DNA of 64,000 nt from Fibrobacter sp. (GCA_024689485.1 JAILDK010000015.1:1921-65920), one strand, 5' to 3'; shown: positions 1-9,216, counted from the first letter of the stretch. Notes: a model not told the origin generated them from the letters alone. Numbers and translations are program-made.

Positions 1-93
1 AGGATTTTCCACGGAGTCCGTTCCAAAAGAGCCTGGAGCAGGTGAGAGCCTACAAAGCCTCCTGCCCCGACAAGAGCGATTGAGCAGTCCAAT

Positions 94-552
94 TTACTTC
101 GCTTTCACCGTGAAAGTGTTGGAATTGGCACGGATCTTCGGAGCGTTATAAGCCTGCACGCGAATGAAAGCTTCCGTCGAAGGCGTGAGTTCTTCCGTCA
201 GGAGAGCCTTAGCTTCGGTGCATTCCGTGCCATCCGGAGATTCGTCGCCTACAGAGCCCGCAAAGAGTTCAGAGCCTTCATCATCCGCATTCGCCTTGTA
301 AAGAACGTTAAAGCCGTTCGCATTCGCATATTTTGCCACAAAGACGATCGTGATGGAATCGCCGATCTTGTATTCTTCATCTCCGGCCGGGAGCAAAATC
401 TTGACACCGTCTTCAGAAAGGGTGCAATCCTCTGCATTGTAAGCGGCGGAAGACGAAGAAGAATCTTCTTCAGAAGCGCTCGAGCTAGAGCTACAGCCTA
501 CCATCCAGGCGCTAGCCAAAAGAGCAAGAGAAAGAGCGAATTGTTTTTTCAT
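94..552 (-). CDS. small exported lipoprotein, function unknown
   Basis: ATG start. The signal peptide ends in lipobox-like MVGC and is followed by a Ser-rich linker (SSSSSASEEDSSSSS). The gene is co-oriented with the downstream envelope genes and tightly spaced with them. Confidence 0.6.
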   Translation of the reverse strand: MKKQFALSLALLASAWMVGCSSSSSASEEDSSSSSAAYNAEDCTLSEDGVKILLPAGDEEYKIGDSITIVFVAKYANANGFNVLYKANADDEGSELFAGSVGDESPDGTECTEAKALLTEELTPSTEAFIRVQAYNAPKIRANSNTFTVKAK

Positions 553-573
553 AGTAGTCTCCTATGTCCAATT

Positions 574-1680
574 TTAGAGGAAGCTGGCCTTGATGCCAAC
601 TGCCAAAGTCCATTCTTCGAGGAACGCGCCAAAGTCCGGCAAGTCCCATTTGCGCATCGGACTTTCGTCGTATTCATCATCCGCATCCGCGCCATTCGAC
701 TTGTCGTGCAGCGGAAGCGAGAACGCGAGGAAAACCGGATAGTCCGTGCGAGAAAATTCAAGGCCGTAAACGAATGCGGCAGACCAAGCCTTATGATCGG
801 GGTCTGGACGCGGATCGTACGTGCCCACCTTTTCGGACGGAATCCAGGCAACGCCCAGAGGTGCCGAGAAGGTCATTCCAAAGGAATGTACAAAGTTTTC
901 CTGACCGCGATAAGCGTAGGCAAGGCTTGCGGAAACGCTCGGCGGCGTATATCCGCCCAAGTCATTTTCGCCGTACCACTTAAAGTGGTATTCAAAGCGA
1001 TCATCGCCATCGGTATCGTAATCCTTAAAGTACGAATCGTTGAATTCGTTTTCACCGCTAAAGCTCACGTTAAACGGATGCGTGTACGTCAAAGAATAGA
1101 GCCACATGCCGTTTTCCGTATCGCGGGTATAATTCCAGCCGAGAGCCGCGGAATAAACGCCCGAACCCTTTTGGAAGCTCGACGGCAAAAATTCCTGAGA
1201 AGCATCCGTACCGCGCTTGATATCATACTGGCCAGTCGGAATCGTAAGCGCAAGAGAAACGTTCGCCGCACCGCCGCCACCGACGATCTGCGAAATATCA
1301 AACGAGATATCGCCAAAGCCGCCCGTTGTACGGTCCACCGGAGCCTGGTTCGTGCGGTACTGCACTTCACCGCTATGCGTCATAAACGGAAGCGTCACCC
1401 CGACCGAAGTTGACCACGTCGGCTTAAACGAAAATCTCGGCGTAAACGTAAGACCGGAATAATTTTCACCGACCGAAGCCTTGGTAAAGATTTCCGCTTC
1501 GACAAGGCCGCCATTCACGCCCTGACCGATCCACTTGATTCCATCCGAAGCGCCGCCACCGCTACCGCCAGCACCGCAACCGCCAATGGACTGCCACGGC
1601 GTCGCCGGAGATTCCGGAACGAGCATCGAAAGCGAAAAACCGCAAAGAGCCGCAAGAGCGAGTGTCCAATATTTTTTCAT
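574..1680 (-). CDS. outer-membrane beta-barrel protein (MetA-pathway/transporter-like family), function unknown
   Basis: It has an N-terminal signal peptide and a Gly-rich linker. Alternating aromatic and polar beta-strand patterns run throughout. The C-terminus is aromatic (..IKASFL) and a TIPTGQYD-type motif is present. Confidence 0.55.
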   Translation of the reverse strand: MKKYWTLALAALCGFSLSMLVPESPATPWQSIGGCGAGGSGGGASDGIKWIGQGVNGGLVEAEIFTKASVGENYSGLTFTPRFSFKPTWSTSVGVTLPFMTHSGEVQYRTNQAPVDRTTGGFGDISFDISQIVGGGGAANVSLALTIPTGQYDIKRGTDASQEFLPSSFQKGSGVYSAALGWNYTRDTENGMWLYSLTYTHPFNVSFSGENEFNDSYFKDYDTDGDDRFEYHFKWYGENDLGGYTPPSVSASLAYAYRGQENFVHSFGMTFSAPLGVAWIPSEKVGTYDPRPDPDHKAWSAAFVYGLEFSRTDYPVFLAFSLPLHDKSNGADADDEYDESPMRKWDLPDFGAFLEEWTLAVGIKASFL

Positions 1681-1692
1681 CTTGCTGTCTCC

Positions 1693-2844
1693 TTAGGGAA
1701 TGTAAAGCATGTAACCGTTATTCGTTCCCGTCGAAACGAAATGTCCACTCGGAGAACGTCCACCGATGAGCGGAACCGGAGCGATTTCTCGCACGTCGCC
1801 GTTCCATTCCACCGCGACATCGCTCGGAGCGCCTGCCGTCACCGTGACTTCACGCATCGCCGTTCTGCCGAGCGTACCTGCCCAAGTGCTTTCATCGGTC
1901 AAATCGCTCTTGTTCAAATAGGCGTTTCCTGCGGCAAATTCCGTCCAAACAATAAAGAGACGGGAACCGAGCTTCCACCAATGCGGAAACACCGGATTCG
2001 AAATCATGCCGTCGAGCTTTTCTATTTCTACCGGCGAAGACGTCGAAGAAAGTTCCTGCACGTAAGAGCTCCAGGAATACGAAGATTCAAGGACATCGTA
2101 AGCAATGAAGTTTCCATCCGGAGAAATCATTGGGCCGTCGAGCAAGCCTTCTACACTCGGAGCCTTGAGCGTCACCGGCTTTTCGCTTTTCGCATAATCC
2201 ACATACACGAGCTTGCCCGATGTATTCATGTACACGAGCTTGACTTCATTTGTTCCAAAGAAGTTCGCCAAAGCATCTTCTTCGTCGACTTCATCCTGTT
2301 CTTCGCCAATCCAAAGGTGCGGATTCGCAGACTCGTCCATGCCGCTGTCTGCGAGGAAGAACGTTTTTTTGTCGGAAAGTCTTACTGCCAGAAGTCCGTA
2401 GTTCAATTCATCGCAGCCCTTAGAACCTTCTGCGTTCGATGCGGCGAGCGTGATGATAAAGTTGCCGTGAGTCGTCCATTCCGGATCCTGGAATTCACAG
2501 TCCACGCCTTCGACTTCATCTCTCATCAGATACCAAAGAACCTTGCCAGCGGTATCGGAAACGGTCAAGCGGTCGTGCGTCTTTGCACCGGTCGTCGAAT
2601 AGCCTTCCGGAGCGTCTTCCACGTTCAACGTTCCCGAGAAGTTGAGCCAGAGCATCGAAGCCGGATAATTTTCTTCATCCTGCGTGACGGATGGATTGCA
2701 AATTTGCTTTCCACCGTTGATTTCATACAGCGTTCCGAAATCCGAATCCGCTGTTTGATTTTGATTAGTCGAAGCCTCATACTGCTCCGGACTGTAACAG
2801 CCCGCGAGGCAAGCTAAAGAAAGCGCTGTAAGGATCTTTTTCAT
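1693..2844 (-). CDS. lipoprotein with TolB/PD40-like beta-propeller repeats
   Basis: Lipobox LACLAGC. The PD40-like motif ISPDGNFIAYD and beta-rich repeats are present. The match is by motif only. Confidence 0.55.
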   Translation of the reverse strand: MKKILTALSLACLAGCYSPEQYEASTNQNQTADSDFGTLYEINGGKQICNPSVTQDEENYPASMLWLNFSGTLNVEDAPEGYSTTGAKTHDRLTVSDTAGKVLWYLMRDEVEGVDCEFQDPEWTTHGNFIITLAASNAEGSKGCDELNYGLLAVRLSDKKTFFLADSGMDESANPHLWIGEEQDEVDEEDALANFFGTNEVKLVYMNTSGKLVYVDYAKSEKPVTLKAPSVEGLLDGPMISPDGNFIAYDVLESSYSWSSYVQELSSTSSPVEIEKLDGMISNPVFPHWWKLGSRLFIVWTEFAAGNAYLNKSDLTDESTWAGTLGRTAMREVTVTAGAPSDVAVEWNGDVREIAPVPLIGGRSPSGHFVSTGTNNGYMLYIP

Positions 2845-2858
2845 CCGCAGCTCCTATT

Positions 2859-3713
2859 TTAGAGGGAATCCGGCAATGCCAAAGTTTCTTTCTGAGCTTC
2901 TGCCTGAATTTCCTTGACGGTAGAATCCTGAGCAGCGATTGCCTTTTTGATCGAAACCAACTGAGAAAGCGGAGGTGGGGTGACGTTCGCCTTGGAAGAC
3001 GCCACGTTTTCCCACGGTTCCGGGAAGCGAACCGGACGGTCCGAAACCCCAAGCGTGTCCACGCCGAGCAAATCCCATTTTGCATTCAAAATGGCAGCCC
3101 ATTCGCGGAGCCAGTTCTTACGCGCTTCGCGTTCAAAAATCCAAGTCTTGGCATTGTAACGCCAATCGTGCAGATCCACCGTGATGAATGTGGGATGTCC
3201 ACCGGAAAGCGTATTGAAGAGGAGCGCCGCACGGCGCGTTGCCGGAGCAGCCGTAAGCAGCAAGACCGTATCTTTGGGAGCACGACGCTTGAACCAAGGA
3301 ATGACCGAGACTGCTTCTTCAATCGTACTCGGATCGTCGTGGCGGTAAATGTAAATGCGGCTCGGATCGACTCCGCCGACTTCTTCCATGTCTTCGGCGT
3401 AAAAGTCCGCATTGTTCTTATCGCGGAACACGCGACGTCCCAAAATCAGCACGGAATCCGCCATGCCTTCGCGCACAAGCCTTGCCGCGTAATCCGAACG
3501 TTCCAAATCGCCGCTCTGACCGTCCAAGACGACGACCCAGTTCACATGATCAAAGGAGTCGTCCTTCACAAGCCAGTGGCCGCTGTAAGAGATCAAAACG
3601 TAAAAGAGGAGAATCAACAAAACGACAGCGACACCGATGCGAGCCCGCGTCACAATCTTCATGTGGCGCTTCTCTTTTCGGATATCGGAAATCGGCTTAA
3701 AAATTCGGCTCAT
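2859..3713 (-). CDS. DUF218/YdcF (ElyC-like) family membrane-anchored protein
   Basis: An N-terminal TM helix (IGVAVVLLILLFYVLI) is followed by the VVVLDG..SGD and ILG.. core typical of DUF218. The start could be M1 or M18. Confidence 0.6.
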   Translation of the reverse strand: MSRIFKPISDIRKEKRHMKIVTRARIGVAVVLLILLFYVLISYSGHWLVKDDSFDHVNWVVVLDGQSGDLERSDYAARLVREGMADSVLILGRRVFRDKNNADFYAEDMEEVGGVDPSRIYIYRHDDPSTIEEAVSVIPWFKRRAPKDTVLLLTAAPATRRAALLFNTLSGGHPTFITVDLHDWRYNAKTWIFEREARKNWLREWAAILNAKWDLLGVDTLGVSDRPVRFPEPWENVASSKANVTPPPLSQLVSIKKAIAAQDSTVKEIQAEAQKETLALPDSL

Positions 3714-3725
3714 AAAATTCTCGCA

Positions 3726-4187
3726 TTAAAGAGGACGAGTCATCAAGACCGCATTTTCCCCGTCGGAGTAATAGCCTCCGCGTTCCCCGTTCTTTTCAAA
3801 GCCCAGGTTGCGGTAGAATGCGATAGCGGATTCATTGTGTTCGCGGACTTCGAGGTAGAAATTCCGAGCGCCCGCATCGGCAAGAGCTTCTTCGCCTTCG
3901 GCAAAGATTTCCGTCGCCACGCCTTTACGGAGAAATTCCGGCGAAGTCGAAATCGCAAGCAGTTCCGCTTCATCGGCGGCGAGCGAGAAGACGGCGTAAC
4001 CCGCAAGCTTCCAATTGCCGGCCGCATCCGGAGCTTCTGCTACATACGCAAACGTGTACGTCTTCGACAGAAATCTCTGGAGAGTCTTTTCATCCCAGTT
4101 TTCAAAGTGCGTCGCATTTTGAATTTCGAGCACAGCTGGAATGTCACGGTCTTCCATTTCACGGACTGTCATTGCAAATTCAGACAT
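3726..4187 (-). CDS. rimI: ribosomal-protein-alanine N-acetyltransferase (GNAT)
   Basis: GNAT fold motifs are present (EAELLAISTSPEFLRKGVATEIF, NESAIAFYRNLGF). Its start overlaps the tsaB stop as TAATG, the classic tsaB-rimI arrangement. Confidence 0.75.
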   Translation of the reverse strand: MSEFAMTVREMEDRDIPAVLEIQNATHFENWDEKTLQRFLSKTYTFAYVAEAPDAAGNWKLAGYAVFSLAADEAELLAISTSPEFLRKGVATEIFAEGEEALADAGARNFYLEVREHNESAIAFYRNLGFEKNGERGGYYSDGENAVLMTRPL

Positions 4188-4828
4188 TAGCGAATAACCC
4201 CCTGCGCACCACGGCGTTCGTAATAGGACGGCTGAATGTAGTTCGCACTCTGCACAATGTTCGGTTCCACTTCCGCAAAGAACTTGCAGAACGGAGCGAT
4301 TTCATTCCCTTCCGAAACAATCACCTGGGCGTTCGTCTTTTGAACCAAAGTCTTAAACAGTTCTTCTTCCGCGGAACGACGGTCCACGACAAAAGAAGCA
4401 ATCTTCAAATCTTCAAACTTTTGAACCGCTTCTTCGACCGGAATAAAGAGTTCTTCCGTCTGCGTTCCCACGTAGAAAAAGCCCGTGCGCGCATACAGCA
4501 CGACCGCGGCATTTTCATCGGCGGAAAGAGAACGCAACGCCTTGAGCGTCGAAATGCCGTACAAGGAACGCTTTCCCGAAAAGCAGAGCCCTTCGCAAAA
4601 AGCGATCCCCGTGCGAAGTCCCGTAAAGGATCCCGGGCCAAGCGTCACAAGAACGCGTTTCACATCGTCGAGAGAAACCTTCGCCTGTTCCAATGCGGCG
4701 TCAAGAGTCCGTCCCAGGTTTTCACCGCGGGATTCCGGTTCAAAATGTTCACACACAGGCTTCCCCGCGGAGTAGATGCCGAGGGCAATGCCTTTGCGCG
4801 ATGTATCAAGAATGAGATCGAGTTCCAT
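4187..4828 (-). CDS. tsaB: tRNA threonylcarbamoyladenosine (t6A) biosynthesis protein TsaB
   Basis: YeaZ/TsaB signature VTLGPGSFTGLRTGIAF. Size is 213 aa and rimI is adjacent. Confidence 0.85.
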   Translation of the reverse strand: MELDLILDTSRKGIALGIYSAGKPVCEHFEPESRGENLGRTLDAALEQAKVSLDDVKRVLVTLGPGSFTGLRTGIAFCEGLCFSGKRSLYGISTLKALRSLSADENAAVVLYARTGFFYVGTQTEELFIPVEEAVQKFEDLKIASFVVDRRSAEEELFKTLVQKTNAQVIVSEGNEIAPFCKFFAEVEPNIVQSANYIQPSYYERRGAQGVIR

Positions 4829-4829
4829 T

Positions 4830-5867
4830 TTAACGCTTAATCTTAAGGCTCGTGTCGATGATCAGGTCGATCAAATGAGTGTAGTCGATGCCGACGGCTG
4901 CCGCTTCTGCCGGAAGGATGGAAGTCGGCGTCATGCCCGGAAGCGTATTCGTTTCGAGAGCCCAGAGCTTGCCTTCTGCATCGATGCGAACGTCCGTGCG
5001 GCTGTAGCCTGCGCCACCGATGGCGAGATGAGCCTTCTTCGCGAGTTCCTGGATGCGCTTTGTGAGTTCTTCCGGGAATTCTGCCGGAGTCACTTCGCGG
5101 CATTCGCCGTTGTACTTCGCTTCAAAGTCAAAGTATTCACGGGTGGTCATGCGCATTTCGGTCGGCGGAAGCGGAGTTTCCACGCCTTCGATGTAACCGC
5201 AGCTCGCTTCTTGACCCTTGATGAACTTTTCGCAAAGGAGACGGTTCGAATTTTTGAAAAGATCGTTCACAATCTGACCGGCTTCGTCCAAGTCCTTTGC
5301 AATGCCCATACCGATGCTCGAACCGCCCACCGGGTCCTTGATTACGAGCGGGAAGCCCAAAGCGTCTGCCGCTTCCACAAGCTTATCGCCCGAGAAGTCG
5401 TCGCGGAAAAGAACGCGGTACGGAGGCGTATCGATGCCGACAGAAAGGTAAGCAGCCTTGCAAAGAACCTTGTCCATGGCGAGTGCGCTGGCGAGAAGAC
5501 CGCAACCCGTGTACGGAATGCCCCAGTTTTCGAGGAGACCCTGAACGTGACCGTCTTCGCCCCACTTACCGTGCAAAGCGAGGAAGGCGATGTCTGCACT
5601 CGGAAGTTCCGAAAGAGCCGGATTCTTTTCTTGTCTTGCACTCGGGCCTTCCAAGCTGTAGAAGTAATTTTCGGTGAAGTTATCCTTCTGATACGGAGAA
5701 AGTTCACGAGAAGACCAGATCCAGGTTCCGTCCTTTTGAATCAAAACCGGATGAATGTTGTACTTGGAACCATCCATCGCGCGGATAACGCCGGTACCAC
5801 TGGTGACAGAAACATCGTGTTCCGTGGAATAACCGCCCATAAAAACCAAAACGCGCAAGCGAGACAT
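4830..5867 (-). CDS. ddl: D-alanine--D-alanine ligase
   Basis: N-terminus RVLVFMGGYSTEHDVS. ATP-grasp motifs are present (HGKWGEDGHVQGLLE, KDPVGGSSIGM, LETNTLPGMT). Size is 345 aa. Confidence 0.92.
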   Translation of the reverse strand: MSRLRVLVFMGGYSTEHDVSVTSGTGVIRAMDGSKYNIHPVLIQKDGTWIWSSRELSPYQKDNFTENYFYSLEGPSARQEKNPALSELPSADIAFLALHGKWGEDGHVQGLLENWGIPYTGCGLLASALAMDKVLCKAAYLSVGIDTPPYRVLFRDDFSGDKLVEAADALGFPLVIKDPVGGSSIGMGIAKDLDEAGQIVNDLFKNSNRLLCEKFIKGQEASCGYIEGVETPLPPTEMRMTTREYFDFEAKYNGECREVTPAEFPEELTKRIQELAKKAHLAIGGAGYSRTDVRIDAEGKLWALETNTLPGMTPTSILPAEAAAVGIDYTHLIDLIIDTSLKIKR

Positions 5868-5962
5868 GAAAAACCTTCTTGATGTGAGATGTGTTTGGGT
5901 AGAAATTTACAAAAAAGCGAAAATTCAGAAGGAAGAGGGGGAACATTTGAAGGGAAATTTTC

Positions 5963-5997
5963 AGTTATCAATTAACAATTATCAATTAACAATTAAC
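5963..5997 (+). repeat. five phased heptamers A(G/A)TTA(T/A)C, including the 14-bp unit TTATCAATTAACAA x2
   Basis: Read directly: AGTTATC AATTAAC AATTATC AATTAAC AATTAAC. This is the left arm of heptad element copy 1. Confidence 0.8.
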
Positions 5998-6019
5998 AGT
6001 GAATTCGGGAGGATTACTT

Positions 6020-6047
6020 CTACTGTAGAATGTATCAGCTACAGTAG
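6020..6047. repeat. perfect 9-bp inverted repeat with a 10-nt loop
   Basis: CTACTGTAG-aatgtatcag-CTACAGTAG. It lies in the core between the two heptad arms. Confidence 0.85.
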
Positions 6048-6074
6048 ACCATTTCGTCTGAGCAATCGATTACT

Positions 6075-6102
6075 AATAACTCATAACTTATAACTAATAA
6101 CT
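6075..6102 (+). repeat. four phased heptamers NATAACT (right arm of heptad element copy 1)
   Basis: AATAACT CATAACT TATAACT AATAACT. The ATAACT core is complementary to the AGTTAT-type heptamers. Confidence 0.85.
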
Positions 6103-6152
6103 CGGACCAAATTGATAATTTGTTACTTTTCCCCAAAAAAAGGTTTACCTGT

Positions 6153-7097
6153 ATGACGATTGACGAAATGCTTTTGAAGGCGAGTTCCGTGGCGATTTTT
6201 GGACATGTCCGTCCGGACGGTGACTGCATCGGTTCTTGCCTCGGTCTGTACAATTATATCGTGGACAATTATCCGAATGTTCAAGTGCAAGTCTTTGCCG
6301 AAGCCTTCCCGCCGAGCTACAATCTTTTGAACGGCGCTGCGCAGATTTTGCACGAATACGACGGCCGCGATGTCGATCTCGCCTTTTTGATGGACACGCC
6401 GTCTTTTGAACGTTGCGGTGCAGGCGGTGCCGAATGTTTGAAAAAGGCAAAGTTCACCTGCAACATCGACCATCACATCAGCAATCCGCTGAATCTTTGC
6501 AACGTCAATTTCGTTGAACCGAACGCAAGTTCCGCCAGTGAAGTTCTCTACTTCCAACTCGATTCGAACAAAGTAAGCAAGAACGCGGCAAACAGCATGT
6601 ACCTGGGCATTGTCCACGACACAGGCGCCTTCAAGTTCAGCTGCACCAGCAAACGCACCATGAACGCAGTCGGTGACTTCATCGATAAAGGCTGCGACTT
6701 TGCAAAAATCATCAACGACACGTATTACACGCGATCCTACAAGGCAACCCTCATCACGGGCCTCGCCATGGAAAAGTGCAAGCTCGGCTTAAACGGCAAA
6801 GTGGTTTACTCTTACGTCACGCCAGAAGACATGCAGCGCTTTGACGTCACCCCGATGGATTTAAGTTCCGTCGTCGACACGATCCGCGAAGTCAGCGAAA
6901 CCGAAGTGGCAATTTTCATCTACCCGGTCAATGGACAGTACAAAATCAGCATGCGTTCGAACTACATCGTCGACGTGAACAAAATCGCAGGAAACTTCGG
7001 CGGAGGCGGTCACGCAAAAGCCGCAGGCGCAAGCACTAACGAACATCCCGAAGTCGTGATTCCCCAAATTTTGAAACTGATCGAAGCGGAGCTGTAG
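6153..7097 (+). CDS. nrnA: DHH/DHHA1 phosphoesterase (oligoribonuclease/pAp phosphatase NrnA-like)
   Basis: DHH motifs are present (IFGHVRPDGDCIGS, DTP, NIDHH, GIVHDTG). The DHHA1 motif GGGGHAKAAGA is also present. I trimmed the start to the ATG at 6153 (MTIDEML..). Confidence 0.85.
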   Translation: MTIDEMLLKASSVAIFGHVRPDGDCIGSCLGLYNYIVDNYPNVQVQVFAEAFPPSYNLLNGAAQILHEYDGRDVDLAFLMDTPSFERCGAGGAECLKKAKFTCNIDHHISNPLNLCNVNFVEPNASSASEVLYFQLDSNKVSKNAANSMYLGIVHDTGAFKFSCTSKRTMNAVGDFIDKGCDFAKIINDTYYTRSYKATLITGLAMEKCKLGLNGKVVYSYVTPEDMQRFDVTPMDLSSVVDTIREVSETEVAIFIYPVNGQYKISMRSNYIVDVNKIAGNFGGGGHAKAAGASTNEHPEVVIPQILKLIEAEL

Positions 7098-7098
7098 A

Positions 7099-7126
7099 AA
7101 GTATAAGTTATCAAGTATGAGTTATT
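7099..7126 (-). repeat. four phased heptamers (AAGTATA AGTTATC AAGTATG AGTTATT), reverse orientation of the ATAACT type
   Basis: Read directly, immediately after the nrnA stop at 7095-7097. Confidence 0.8.
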
Positions 7127-7145
7127 AGTTGACGAAGAGTTACCT

Positions 7146-7173
7146 AATACCTCATCACTTATACCTAATAACT
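7146..7173 (+). repeat. degenerate copy of the 28-bp NATAACT x4 element
   Basis: AATACCT CATCACT TATACCT AATAACT. The leading bases (A,C,T,A) follow the same order as at 6075-6102. Confidence 0.7.
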
Positions 7174-7215
7174 GAGCTTAAATTGTTAATTTTCAAAAAA
7201 AAGACGGAGTTTCAC

Positions 7216-8325
7216 GTGGCGAAGAAGAAAATTTTAGCGATTAACTGGCGAGACATCAAGAATCCGGAAGCGGGTGGTGCAGAACTTTACCATCACGAGA
7301 TTTTCAAGCGCTTGAACGAACGCGGTTATGAAGTCACATTCCTCTCTCACCGCGTCAAAGGACTTCCGAACGAAGAATTCATCGATGGCGTTCGCACGGT
7401 CCGCATCGGAAACAAGTTCCTGTTCAACTTGAGCGCGCACAGCTACGTCAAAGAACACCGCAAAGAATACGATCTCGTTGTCGAAAATTTGAACAAGATC
7501 CCGTTCTTCACGCCGACTTGCCTCAAGGACACCAAGAGCCTCCACATGGTGATGCACTTCTTCCGCAAGTCCATCTTCCGCGAAACGATCTTCCCCATCG
7601 CCCTGTACGTTTATTTAATGGAACGCGCTGTCGCGCTCTTCTACCGCAACCAGAACTTCCTCGCCATCTCCGAAAGCACCAAGGAAGAAATCGACGACAT
7701 GGGCATCCGCTACAAGCAAATGTTCATCGTGGAACCGGGCATCGATACGGAATATTTCCACCCGACCGAAGCCAAGGCGAATCCGCCCGTCATCTCTTAC
7801 GTCGGCCGCCTGATGAAGTACAAGAATGCGCAGTTCGTCATCTCGGCTATGCCGCGCCTGCGTGAACTCGTACCGGGCATTCAACTGCAGATCGCCGGCA
7901 GCGGAGACTTCCGTCCGGAACTCGAACAGATGGTGGAACAGCTCGGCGTCAAAGATTCCGTGCAATTCCTCGGTCGCGTTTCCGAAGACGAAAAGCGCAA
8001 CCTTTTAAGCCGTTCCTCGCTCTTCATCAACCCGTCCTTCAAGGAAGGCTGGGGCATCAACAACATCGAAGCGAACCTCTGCGGCACCATTTCCCTTTCG
8101 AACAACGTCGCGGGTCTCAAGGATTCCGTCGTCGACGGCATCACCGGTCTTTTGTACGAAAACGATGACGTGGAAGGTTTCTGCCAAAAAGCGGCCTCCG
8201 TTTTGCACGACAAGGAACGCTTGGCAAAGCTCGAAGCGAACGCAAAAGAACGCGCCCTCGGCATGAGCTGGGACGCGATGACAGATAAAATGCAGAAGGC
8301 TGTGGAAGCCTGTCTGAATTCCTAA
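7216..8325 (+). CDS. glycosyltransferase family 4 (GT-B, GT1 superfamily)
   Basis: The C-terminal region carries the EGWGINNIEANLCGT..S motif (E-x7-E type). N-terminus is KILAINWRD..GGAE. The start was set to the GTG at 7216, which lies 6 nt after GGAG. Confidence 0.8.
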   Translation: MAKKKILAINWRDIKNPEAGGAELYHHEIFKRLNERGYEVTFLSHRVKGLPNEEFIDGVRTVRIGNKFLFNLSAHSYVKEHRKEYDLVVENLNKIPFFTPTCLKDTKSLHMVMHFFRKSIFRETIFPIALYVYLMERAVALFYRNQNFLAISESTKEEIDDMGIRYKQMFIVEPGIDTEYFHPTEAKANPPVISYVGRLMKYKNAQFVISAMPRLRELVPGIQLQIAGSGDFRPELEQMVEQLGVKDSVQFLGRVSEDEKRNLLSRSSLFINPSFKEGWGINNIEANLCGTISLSNNVAGLKDSVVDGITGLLYENDDVEGFCQKAASVLHDKERLAKLEANAKERALGMSWDAMTDKMQKAVEACLNS

Positions 8326-8334
8326 AGTTTTGAA

Positions 8335-9215
8335 TTAAGCGTTGCGGAACGCGGAGAACATTTTTCGAATGGTCTCCCGAATATCCGTGCCGCGCCAGAA
8401 CTTTTGCACACGGGAATTGTCCGCGCAAAGGTACGGAATGTCTACCGGGCGCATCTTTTCCGGATCCTGCACGACTTCGATCTGGACCTTCGCAAGGTCG
8501 ATGATCATCTGCAGAAGTTCTCGCATGGAATGCGCCTTTCCCGATCCCACGTTGTAAACCGTATAATCGTTTTCCGCTTCCAGAAGCATGCGGTAAACAT
8601 GCGCCACATCTTCCACGTCCGAAAAATCGCGGATCGCGCTCAGGTTTCCGACGTAGATTTTTCCGGGCTTTCCGCTTTTATCGATTTCCGCGACCTGCTT
8701 GCAAAAACTCGGCAGGGCAAAGTTCAACAGCTGCCCCACGCCCGTGTGATTAAAGGAGCGTGTGCAAACGATCTGCATTCCGAACTTTTTGCGGTAAAGG
8801 TCGGCAAAGTTTTCCTGTGCGACCTTCGTGATGCCGTAAGGATTGCTCGCTTCGAGCGCATCCGTTTCCTTGAGCGGAGAATCCTTGGGCGCGTATTCTT
8901 CCGCACTGCCGATCAAAAGCGTTTTCGCCTTCGGGGCAAATTTTTGAATGGAATCGAGCAGGTGCAGAGTGCCTTTGATGTTCACGTCCACCGTCATCAC
9001 CGGATCTTTCCAGCTTTGACCGACAGAGCTCACCGCGGCAAGGTTCACCACGTAATCGGGCGAAGCGTCTTGCACCGTCTTTTCGACCTGTTCCAAATTC
9101 AGAAGATTGAATTCCGGGAAATTCGCCTGAACCACGCTGTGCCCAGCGTTTTCCAGTTCGCGGACAAGATATCCGCCCACGAATCCCGTAGCGCCGACGA
9201 CTAGAGTCTGCGGCA

Positions 9216-9216
<1 letters not shown>
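8335..9216 (-). CDS. NAD-dependent epimerase/dehydratase, probably GDP-4-keto-6-deoxy-D-mannose reductase (Rmd-like)
   Basis: Rossmann motif VVGATGFVGGYLV. The SDR catalytic motif is YGITK (YxxxK). Size is 293 aa. Its start overlaps the gmd stop (TAATG). The choice between Rmd and fucose synthase was made only from size and N-terminus. Confidence 0.55.

Noticed and set aside
1-83. Possible 3' end of a plus-strand CDS (frame 3, ..AYKASCPDKSD then TGA at 81-83)
   Set aside because: Only 26 codons are visible and no motif is present, so I cannot support a call from this fragment.
126-131. TGGCAC (sigma-54 -24-like) hexamers at 126-131 and 37728-37733
   Set aside because: Both lie inside coding sequences and lack a properly spaced TTGC -12 element. 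The second is part of a small palindrome within the sufE 3' end.
5866-6093. 75-aa ORF spanning the ddl/nrnA spacer
   Set aside because: It is composed largely of the translated heptad repeats (QLSINNYQLTINS). It has no RBS and atypical codon usage. The repeat element explains it better.
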